This document shows, one piece after another, positions 57,025 through 64,000 of a stretch of DNA of 64,000 bases. Each line of letters starts with the position of its first letter. Position 1 is the first letter of the stretch. The translations under genes were made by a program, and so were the position numbers. Source of the DNA: Candidatus Zhuqueibacterota bacterium (GTDB taxonomy: Bacteria > Zhuqueibacterota > Zhuqueibacteria > JANLFK01 > Oleimicrobiaceae); assembly GCA_024655945.1 (NCBI GenBank), contig JANLFK010000001.1, positions 588,116-652,115 on the forward strand, read 5' to 3'. The notes beneath the pieces are model-generated. The model searched no databases and was not told the DNA's origin. It saw nothing but the letters and a program-made list of their open reading frames with translations.

Positions 57025-58083
57025 ATGCCAAGACAAACTTTGCAGGCCCAAAAAGTCCCGCGTCTGCTCAGTACCTTGAGGCACTCCACTCATCCGGCCA
57101 GGACCTGCCCCACTGCGCTGGCGGGCTTGCTTTTCTGGGGGCTTTTGCCAGGGACGAGCACCGCACAGAGTTGGAGCACGACTGGCAGAGTCGTTGGCTT
57201 TGAGACCGGAGCCACCATCTCGCTTGGCGCTTACAAGGCATACGCCAGCGCCTTTGTGAATCTTGCGCGAAGGCAGGGCACACCAGTCTTCCTTACCGGA
57301 AATGAGGGGCGCATTTACGCCTATTTGGGCAGGCGGCTCCTTTCCCCTAAGTACCTGGTGGTGCAGGCCACCCTCTACCCGCTGGCGACCCTCAGCAGCT
57401 ACGCGGAGACCTACCATCCGCGGCAGTTCGACCGCCTCGAAGTAGCAGGCTTCAACGTCTTGCGCTCCCTCGGCTCTGGCAGCGAGGAACCGTACGCGCT
57501 TTCCCTGCTGGTTGGCAACATCGCGTTCCTCGGTTACTACGAGCATGCGGAGGGCTCTGTGCGGGTTCGCCAGGCCGGTTCAGCGCTCGCCGGCCTGTTG
57601 CTCTCCACCGGCCACTGGCACATCCACGACAACATCCGTGTGAACGACCGCTGGTGGCAGGCGGAGCTGATCCTCAAAGGCACCTCAAGCCGCCCCGGCC
57701 TGGAGAAGCTGGAATGGAACTTTCGCGGCGGGGTGAAACTGCACGGCAATCACCTTGCCCCGGACGCTGTCGCCTTCGCCCTGTTTCGCGACGATGTTCA
57801 CTGGCAGGCACGTGGCTTTTCCCTCCTAGCCAACAGCCAAATCGCCTACGAGGTACGCTTCCCTCTTGACGAGCAAGACCAGGCCATGCCGTTTGTTGTC
57901 AGGCACCTGTTCAGATACGGGAAAAAGTTCCCACTGCGCATGGGGGGCAAGCGGATGGTCCCGCAACTCGGCGGCGGGGTCTTGTGGGAGTGGGTGCGAA
58001 GTTACGACCGCCAGGCACGACGGTTCCAGCCACACGGGGCCGGACAGTGGGTTTGGCTCATCCAGCCCACCGTCTCGTTTTGA
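57025..58083 (+). CDS. hypothetical outer-membrane beta-barrel-like protein
   Basis: ATG at 57025; signal MPRQTLQAQKVPRLLSTLRHSTHPARTCPTALAGLLFWGLLPGTSTAQS; C-terminal ...IQPTVSF. Confidence 0.55.
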   Translation: MPRQTLQAQKVPRLLSTLRHSTHPARTCPTALAGLLFWGLLPGTSTAQSWSTTGRVVGFETGATISLGAYKAYASAFVNLARRQGTPVFLTGNEGRIYAYLGRRLLSPKYLVVQATLYPLATLSSYAETYHPRQFDRLEVAGFNVLRSLGSGSEEPYALSLLVGNIAFLGYYEHAEGSVRVRQAGSALAGLLLSTGHWHIHDNIRVNDRWWQAELILKGTSSRPGLEKLEWNFRGGVKLHGNHLAPDAVAFALFRDDVHWQARGFSLLANSQIAYEVRFPLDEQDQAMPFVVRHLFRYGKKFPLRMGGKRMVPQLGGGVLWEWVRSYDRQARRFQPHGAGQWVWLIQPTVSF

Positions 58084-58126
58084 CAGTGGCGGCGCTCAGG
58101 CCGCGACCTTCTCCGACGGCCCCGCC

Positions 58127-59527
58127 TCAGGGACGGGTCATCCTCAGGTCGTCGTAGAACTGCACCGACGTGCCAGAGGCAAAGTCCTGCGCCGCCAAGA
58201 CCAGTGCGTCCCACTGCTCGCCAGAGAGGTAGAACATGGAGGCCTTCTGTTCGCCGTCCACAAAGACGTTGCCATGCGGGTAGACCAGCTCCACGCGCAC
58301 TGTGTACCAGGTCAGGGGCTCGTAGGGTTGCAGCTCCGTGCGCTGGTCTTTTCTGGCGGCGTAAATGTGGCCATCTTCAGCGAATTCTATCCAATCGACA
58401 AAGGCGCCCCCTCCGGCAGCGCCACGGTTGAATAGGCCCACGACAGCCCCGCTGCCACCCTCTTGCAGCAACACGCTCACCTGGATGGTGAGGCTGTCTG
58501 CACGCCGCAGCGGCAAGAGGTCGCGCCTCGGGTGGCCCGGGGATGATTCCTGGCGAAAGCTCTGCGCGCCACTAAAGGCATAGGCTCTGCTCACGCCGCC
58601 GCCTACTCCCGGCGCCAGCACTTCCCACCCCCCAGCGGATGGGTAGGCGCCCACGGCGTACGTTTCAAAGTCCTCGGCCGCCAGCAGCGTAGCCAGCGCA
58701 ATCGTAACCTGCGCCATGGCAGTGTCGCCTTCGAACACCGCGAGCACGGCTTCCTGGCCAGTGGCCTGCAGCCCCGCCAGGAAGAGGCCGGTGTCGTCAA
58801 TGCTCCCGGCGATGCCTGGCTGCACGGACCAGACTGCGTGCTTGGTCACATCCACCTCTCGACCATCGGAGTAGTACGCAGTGCAGCGGAAGCGCTGGCT
58901 CAGGCCGTTCTTCAGGGGAGCAAAGTACGGACGCACCTCTAGCCAATAGAGCTGCGGCCCCACATCCCAGACCTGCACCGCGGCGCGGGCAGGTTCTCCT
59001 TCCCGCACCATGACCTCGCCTTCGCCCCAGTAGCGAATACTGTCGCCTTCGATCATGCCCACGCAGAGGTAGTTCAGCCCAACCACCCCTGTGACGGTCC
59101 CCTTGGCATAGTCCCCCTCGATGCTCAACGCCTGGTCGGCGACCACTCGGAAAAAGTCGCCAAGCAGCTTGCGCCATTCGGCCCAATACTTCAGGTCTCC
59201 TGGCCAGCTGTCGCGCGCGTGCACATATTTGTGGTACTCTTCCGACTCGAAGTGCTGCGACGCACTGTCATAGGCAGAAACGTCCAGGACCATCGCCCTG
59301 ACGATGTCCACCTTCTCCTGGCCAGTCCTTTTGGCGAGAGGTTGTGCCGGCGCAGAGGGCCGCTCCGGGACTTTGCCGATATGCGGTGCGCCTGCCGGGT
59401 CAAAGACAAAGCGCAGCGTGATGCTCGGCTCGCCTCCGTCACTGGTCGGCTGCTTGCTGCACTGCAAGGAGAGCATGAGGCTGCCCGCCGCAAGCAGGCA
59501 CGCGCCTATCGTCAATCTCGTCATCAT
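58127..59527 (-). CDS. lipoprotein with Ig-like (Big_2-type) and lectin-like regions (hypothetical)
   Basis: ATG at 59527 with AAGAGG upstream; lipobox MMTRLTIGACLLAAGSLMLSLQC; Big_2-like FRCTAYYSDGREVDVTKHAVWSV. Confidence 0.65.
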   Translation of the reverse strand: MMTRLTIGACLLAAGSLMLSLQCSKQPTSDGGEPSITLRFVFDPAGAPHIGKVPERPSAPAQPLAKRTGQEKVDIVRAMVLDVSAYDSASQHFESEEYHKYVHARDSWPGDLKYWAEWRKLLGDFFRVVADQALSIEGDYAKGTVTGVVGLNYLCVGMIEGDSIRYWGEGEVMVREGEPARAAVQVWDVGPQLYWLEVRPYFAPLKNGLSQRFRCTAYYSDGREVDVTKHAVWSVQPGIAGSIDDTGLFLAGLQATGQEAVLAVFEGDTAMAQVTIALATLLAAEDFETYAVGAYPSAGGWEVLAPGVGGGVSRAYAFSGAQSFRQESSPGHPRRDLLPLRRADSLTIQVSVLLQEGGSGAVVGLFNRGAAGGGAFVDWIEFAEDGHIYAARKDQRTELQPYEPLTWYTVRVELVYPHGNVFVDGEQKASMFYLSGEQWDALVLAAQDFASGTSVQFYDDLRMTRP

Positions 59528-59555
59528 GGAGAACCTCTTTCTTTCCCCCAAGGGG

Positions 59556-60680
59556 TCACAAAAAGTATCGGAACAAGGCATCCACCACAAAGCCTGTCAG
59601 ATGTGCTTTCTTCGGGCCGCTCTTGAGATTCCCGGTGTAGTAGCGGATGCCCAGGTCGCCGTCGATTTTGCTCCCCAATCTCAGCAGAGCGCCGCCGCCC
59701 AGGCCAACCAGGAGTGCGGAGCCGGTGCCATACTCATTGTCGCCGTACGCCTTCAGGTCCACCAGTGCCTTCGGGCGCGTGCCCTGCGCAGCGCCGAAGA
59801 GCATTTGCGAGGAGAACTCGAACTCGTTCCCGTTGCTGTTCTTGCGCTCCTCGGCAAACAGATCACCAATCCCTGTCTTGTTGCGGCCCTTCAGCCGCTC
59901 GCGCAACGTGAGGAGCAGATCGAAGGAACCCGGGCGTGCGAGCAGGCCGCCCTGGATGAGCAGACGGTTGCCGCTCTTGAACACCACCTGGCCTGCCCCC
60001 CTGTCTTTGCCATAGATGCTGTACACCAGGTCGGTGGTCAGGCGGGCGTCGTTGCCGAACAGGGTCAGGGCGCGATCGATGCCCGCCGACAGCGTCAGTT
60101 CGCCGCCAGGCTTGTACTCATAGTCCATCCCGTGGAACGGGCGGAAGGCACCTTTTGCTAAGTAACTGGCTCCTGCCCCCAAAACAAAGTCACCGAGCTC
60201 CGCCGCAGTGGCCAATCCCACATGGAGATCGAGGCCCTGGCCCATGTTGGGCACGCGGAAGCCTAAGGCATGCAACGCCAGCACGTTGGAAACGTTGAAC
60301 TCCTCTGCAGTAAGCGAGTGCCTGCCCGTGGGAAAGTTTGCGCCAAAGGTGAACAAGAAACGGCCATTCGGCGTCCAGTAGTGGCCGCTGATGCGCGTGT
60401 CGGAAAGCCCACCCAACTGGTTAGCGGCGACCGTGGTCAGCTTGGAAAAAGCTGGCGCCGTCGCCACCACCACCCGCATGCGCTCGTTGACCGGATACAC
60501 GAAGCTCACCGGTAAAGCGACCTGATTGACCTTGTTAGTACCAGCCGTCCACCACTGGCCAGTCACTCCCGCTCCCAAGGATACCCGGCTCTGCAGCCTG
60601 CTCAGCAGCGCTTGGGCCCGAGAAGCCCCAGGCATTAGCGCGCCGAGCAGCAGAATGTAAACAAGGGCGTCACGCTTCAT
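59556..60680 (-). CDS. porin-like outer-membrane beta-barrel protein
   Basis: ATG at 60680 with GAGGTG upstream; signal MKRDALVYILLLGALMPGASRAQA; Gly/aromatic-rich beta pattern; C-terminal ...ALFRYFL. Confidence 0.65.
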   Translation of the reverse strand: MKRDALVYILLLGALMPGASRAQALLSRLQSRVSLGAGVTGQWWTAGTNKVNQVALPVSFVYPVNERMRVVVATAPAFSKLTTVAANQLGGLSDTRISGHYWTPNGRFLFTFGANFPTGRHSLTAEEFNVSNVLALHALGFRVPNMGQGLDLHVGLATAAELGDFVLGAGASYLAKGAFRPFHGMDYEYKPGGELTLSAGIDRALTLFGNDARLTTDLVYSIYGKDRGAGQVVFKSGNRLLIQGGLLARPGSFDLLLTLRERLKGRNKTGIGDLFAEERKNSNGNEFEFSSQMLFGAAQGTRPKALVDLKAYGDNEYGTGSALLVGLGGGALLRLGSKIDGDLGIRYYTGNLKSGPKKAHLTGFVVDALFRYFL

Positions 60681-60706
60681 TTCAGCACCTCGCCACCGGT
60701 ATCTGT

Positions 60707-62020
60707 TCACTTGGGAATAGGAACCACCACTTCGATGCTGGCGCCAGAACCAAAGCTCGACTGGCTCTGCTCCTGCAGGGGTTGTCGCGCATCGACACCG
60801 GGCACAAATCCGGCGCTGAGCTGTTGCTGCGTCTGCTGCAGCCGGTCCAGAGTCGACGGTTTGAGCGCCTCGGCCACTGCCGGAGGTGGCTCGAGGGTCT
60901 TCTTCAGCTCCTGGATGTCCTGGCTGCCCACTTGCATCGCCTCCACCTGGGCTACCGCAGCGTTGGCAGCCTTGAACCTGGGGTCAAGTTCGGCTGCCTG
61001 TGCGTAGGCCTCCCGCGCAGCGTCACACATGCCACGATCTTCATAGTCCAGGCCCTTGCAGTAGGCCAAGAAGGCGAGCATGTTCTCCGTGGGGATGAGC
61101 AGGATCGCATCACGCTCTTCCTGGCTCAAGGGCACGCCGATTTGGTCGAGGATGCGGAAGACCAGCGCCTTCTCCATGCGGAAAAAGTCCTGCACAGAAC
61201 CGCTGATGCGGCGCGGGCCACTGATGGTGCGGCTCCTGGTGTCCACCAGGGCTGCCTCGATGCGCAGCTGCTCCCCTTCGAGGCCCAAGAATCCGCCCTG
61301 CACGACTTTGGCCACGCCCAGCAGGCGGCCCAGCCGCGGCGCAGTGGTTTCGTCGACCAGGCCAGTCATGCCCAGGACAATCTCCTCGAGCAAGGCCTGC
61401 ATCCTGGCCCGTTCGATGACGCGCAGCGCCTTCGCCTTGGACAGGTCGGTGATGAGCATCTCGGCTATGCCCTTCTCCAACGGGTCGAGCTCCTCGGGAC
61501 CGCCCAACCGGGCGAAGTTCAGCACAGCCACCGCATTGTGCGGGATGCGCACGGTATCAAGGGCTGCCTCATTGGCCAAGGCCTGCCGCGCCTGCTCGGC
61601 CAAGCGCCGCCGCAGCAGCACCTGCAGTCGCCCTTCCAAGGCGCGCCTCATCTGGCTCATGCCGCCCACGCGCGTGTACCGCCGGTACATGTCGATGGCC
61701 CCATCCAGGTCGCCGGTCAATTCGTACGCGGAGCCAAGGTAAAAGAGCGTGCGCGCGTCGGTGGAATCCAGCCGGAACGCCCTCCTCAGCACCGAGATCG
61801 CCGCGGCATAGTCCTCCTTGCCATAGAGGGCAATCCCTGTGTCGCGGAGAACAAGTGGGTCTGCGCGTCGCTGCTCTAAGGCGATGGCTAAGTGAAGGAG
61901 GGCAGCGTCGTAGTTTTGGCGGCGTAACTCGCTCTTCGCCTGGCCGTAGTGGGAAGCAGCGCATCCCATGAGGACCAGGCTCAGGCCCAAGGCAAAGCTC
62001 AGAACAAGACTTCTCCGCAC
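60707..62020 (-). CDS. lipoprotein with TPR repeats and CsgG/LpoB-like (TolB-N-like) domain
   Basis: GTG at 62020 six nt after AGGAGGAA; lipobox SLVLMGCAAS; TPR region; domain VAVLNF...GIAEMLITDLSKAKALRVIERARMQALLEE...GRLLGVAKVVQG; paralogous to 62057..62758. Confidence 0.7.
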   Translation of the reverse strand: MRRSLVLSFALGLSLVLMGCAASHYGQAKSELRRQNYDAALLHLAIALEQRRADPLVLRDTGIALYGKEDYAAAISVLRRAFRLDSTDARTLFYLGSAYELTGDLDGAIDMYRRYTRVGGMSQMRRALEGRLQVLLRRRLAEQARQALANEAALDTVRIPHNAVAVLNFARLGGPEELDPLEKGIAEMLITDLSKAKALRVIERARMQALLEEIVLGMTGLVDETTAPRLGRLLGVAKVVQGGFLGLEGEQLRIEAALVDTRSRTISGPRRISGSVQDFFRMEKALVFRILDQIGVPLSQEERDAILLIPTENMLAFLAYCKGLDYEDRGMCDAAREAYAQAAELDPRFKAANAAVAQVEAMQVGSQDIQELKKTLEPPPAVAEALKPSTLDRLQQTQQQLSAGFVPGVDARQPLQEQSQSSFGSGASIEVVVPIPK

Positions 62021-62056
62021 GAGGATTTCCTCCTGTGCCAATGGGCGCCAGGCCCG

Positions 62057-62758
62057 CTACTTGAGATGCACTTGGATCTGCATCAGGCGTTGCTTAGCTT
62101 GCGCGAAGGAAGGGCTCACGGCAAGGGCTTTGCGGTACATCTTGTAAGCCTCAAGAGGCTGGCCGCTGTCCTCAAATTCCAGCCCCTTGGCGTACAGGAC
62201 AGCCGCTTCAAAGGAAGCCTCGCCACTTTCCTCCAGCCGCGCGCGGTCCTCCTTGGTGAGCGCTACATCCAGGTCACGGACAATCTTCTCCGTGAGTCGC
62301 TTGACCATGTCGAACAGCTTGTCGACCTTGCCGGTCTCTTCTTCAGCCTTTATGGTCAAGCCGGTCTCCACTTCCACGATCCGGGCGTCGATGCGCATCT
62401 TTCCGCCGAACATGTGCACATAGCTGCCCAACAAGAGGTGCTTCGCTCCCAACAGGCGACCCACCTGCACCGCGCTCTTTTCGTCGATGAGGCCGGCCTG
62501 GGGCAACTTCATCTCTTCTAAGAGCTGCTGCAGCTGCGCGCGCTCAATCACCTGCAAGGCACGTACCTTGGCAAGCTCGGTGATGAACATGTCGGCCAAG
62601 CCCTTGCTCAGCGCAGCCACCTCGTCCTTCTGCGCCAAGCTGTTGTTCTGGAAGTAAAGCACCGCAAGGGTCTTCGCTTGTTGGGCACCTAAGGGGATGG
62701 CAGCAGTGACAAGAAGAATAGTCAACAGGAGTGCCAAGAGTCGTTTCGAAGCGCACAT
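62057..62758 (-). CDS. lipoprotein with CsgG/LpoB-like (TolB-N-like) domain and C-terminal TPR-like helices
   Basis: ATG at 62758 six nt after GGGAGG; signal MCASKRLLALLLTILLVTAAIPLGAQQ; LAVLYFQNNS...GLADMFITELAKVRALQVIERAQLQQLLEE...GRLLGAKHLLLGS. Confidence 0.7.
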   Translation of the reverse strand: MCASKRLLALLLTILLVTAAIPLGAQQAKTLAVLYFQNNSLAQKDEVAALSKGLADMFITELAKVRALQVIERAQLQQLLEEMKLPQAGLIDEKSAVQVGRLLGAKHLLLGSYVHMFGGKMRIDARIVEVETGLTIKAEEETGKVDKLFDMVKRLTEKIVRDLDVALTKEDRARLEESGEASFEAAVLYAKGLEFEDSGQPLEAYKMYRKALAVSPSFAQAKQRLMQIQVHLK

Positions 62759-63102
62759 AGTCAACCTCCCATTGGCTTGCAGGAACGGGTGGCTCCACCG
62801 GCAGAAAAAAGCAGGAGGCCCGGCTCAGCCTCTCAGCCGTCGTCCATCTGCCACTTTCCGTCCAATGCTAAGCAATTTGGCGGACAAATACAAGGATTTT
62901 CTGTTGGCCGTGCGAAAAACGGGGCATTGAGGAGCACCGAACTCTCGATCGCGGGCGAATGCCTGCCCCTGGCTTGTGCAGCCAGAAGCGAAAAGACCAC
63001 GTTCTCTTGCCTCGACTCTGGGCTATGCCCGGCTGTCCCCGGGAGGTTTGGCTGCACACCAGGCTGCAGGTTCGCGCCCGCAGCGGCGTGGGAGCGGCGC
63101 GA

Positions 63103-64000
63103 CTAATAGAGCTGCAGGTACTTCTGCACCTCCCAGGGGGTCACCTGCGCCCTGAAGTCTTCCCATTCGCGGGACTTGATATCCAAGTAGCGCTCGAAGA
63201 GGTGCTGCCCAAGAACCTTCAGAGAGAGCTCGTCTTTCTGCAACTCCTGCAGCGCCTCGTACAGCGAACTGGGCAGGAGCTCGATCTGCTTCGCCTTCAG
63301 GCCCTCTTCGTCAAAGAGGTACACATTCTCCTCCACCGGCTCTGGGGGCTGCCACTTGTTGCGAATGCCATCCAGGCCGGCCTCGAGCATGAAGGCAAGG
63401 GCCAGATAGGGATTGCAACTGGGGTCAGGGCAGCGCAACTCGATGCGCGCCGACTGCTTGCGGTCGTGAAACCATTTCGGCACCCGAATCAGCGCCGAGC
63501 GATTGATCCGCGCCCAGGTCACGTAGACCGGCGCCTCGTAACCGGACACCAGGCGCTTGTAGGAATTCACCGTCGGGCACAGCACCGCACACATCGCTCG
63601 GATGTGCTTGATGATGCCCGCCATGAAGTGATAGGCCAGCGGCGACAGGTTGTAGGGGTCGTCCGCATGGTAGAAGGCGTTTAGGCCCGACTTGAAGTCA
63701 AAAAGGCTCTGGTGCGTGTGCATGCCGTTGCCTGGCGCGCCGAACAGAGGCTTGGGCATGAAGGTGGCGTCCAGGTTGTACCGCTGGGCGATCTTTTTCA
63801 CCGTGTACTTTAACGTGAGGATGCGATCGGCCGTCTCTAAGGCGTTGCCGTAGAGGAAGTCTATCTCGTACTGCCCGCTCCCGACCTCGTGGTGAGAGGC
63901 CTCCACCGGGATGCCGAAGCTGTGCAGCGCGCCGAGGATTTCGCGCATCACGAAGTAACCCTCATGCGAGGAAAAGTCAAAGTAACTCCCCTCGTCGATG
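63103..64000 (-). CDS. glnA: glutamine synthetase, C-terminal catalytic part (gene continues beyond the window end)
   Basis: HHEVGSGQYEIDF, FMPKPLFGAPGNGMHTHQSL, RVPKWFHDRKQSARIELRCPDPSCNPYLA; the reading frame stays open to position 64000. Confidence 0.9.
   Translation of the reverse strand, partial: IDEGSYFDFSSHEGYFVMREILGALHSFGIPVEASHHEVGSGQYEIDFLYGNALETADRILTLKYTVKKIAQRYNLDATFMPKPLFGAPGNGMHTHQSLFDFKSGLNAFYHADDPYNLSPLAYHFMAGIIKHIRAMCAVLCPTVNSYKRLVSGYEAPVYVTWARINRSALIRVPKWFHDRKQSARIELRCPDPSCNPYLALAFMLEAGLDGIRNKWQPPEPVEENVYLFDEEGLKAKQIELLPSSLYEALQELQKDELSLKVLGQHLFERYLDIKSREWEDFRAQVTPWEVQKYLQLY

Noticed and set aside
1-64000. CRISPR arrays, rRNA genes, additional tRNAs, transposases or integrases
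   Set aside because: No regularly spaced direct repeats, no rRNA signature strings, no further GTTCRANYC T-loop contexts with matching acceptor stems, and no transposase- or integrase-like translations were seen in this manual read.

Overview
High-GC (roughly 60-65% by eye) bacterial chromosomal segment with about 45 protein-coding genes, one tRNA and one riboswitch. No rRNA, CRISPR array, transposase or integrase was found. Gene content (T9SS type-A C-terminal sorting domains with the NYPNPFNP motif on at least four proteins, a GldA/GldF/GldG-type ABC transporter with a DUF4340 partner, a DUF5686/CarboxypepD_reg outer-membrane protein, TonB-dependent receptors, a ~285-aa sigma-70 family factor) suggests an FCB-superphylum-like organism; this is inference only. 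Main points: (1) a selenocysteine-decoding locus, selB followed by a 96-nt tRNA-Sec (anticodon UCA) that the ORF track cannot show; (2) a complete cobalamin riboswitch leader (promoter, aptamer with B12 box, terminator hairpin) upstream of an ECF-S-like membrane protein and a BtuB-like TonB-dependent receptor on the minus strand; (3) a lower-GC island (about 15.6-21.4 kb) containing a 1.2-kb ORF-free purine-rich segment (candidate structured RNA or decayed DNA) and two frame-disrupted T9SS-cargo genes, one a cohesin-dockerin-cohesin protein, with a poly-G8 tract exactly at one frame switch; (4) a 1723-aa surface protein fusing a cutinase/PETase-like alpha/beta hydrolase to about ten InlB-B-like repeats and a T9SS sorting domain; (5) a tight MoxR - DUF58 - UvrD-helicase/Cas4-like-nuclease - RmuC operon; (6) an envelope operon with tandem CsgG/LpoB-like TPR lipoproteins and a porin-like barrel. 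Several genes (sensor kinase N-terminus, an alpha/beta hydrolase, the two T9SS cargo genes) show frameshifts or in-frame TAG codons; these could be assembly errors or real pseudogenes and need read-level checking. All calls are from reading the sequence and the six-frame track; no database search was run.
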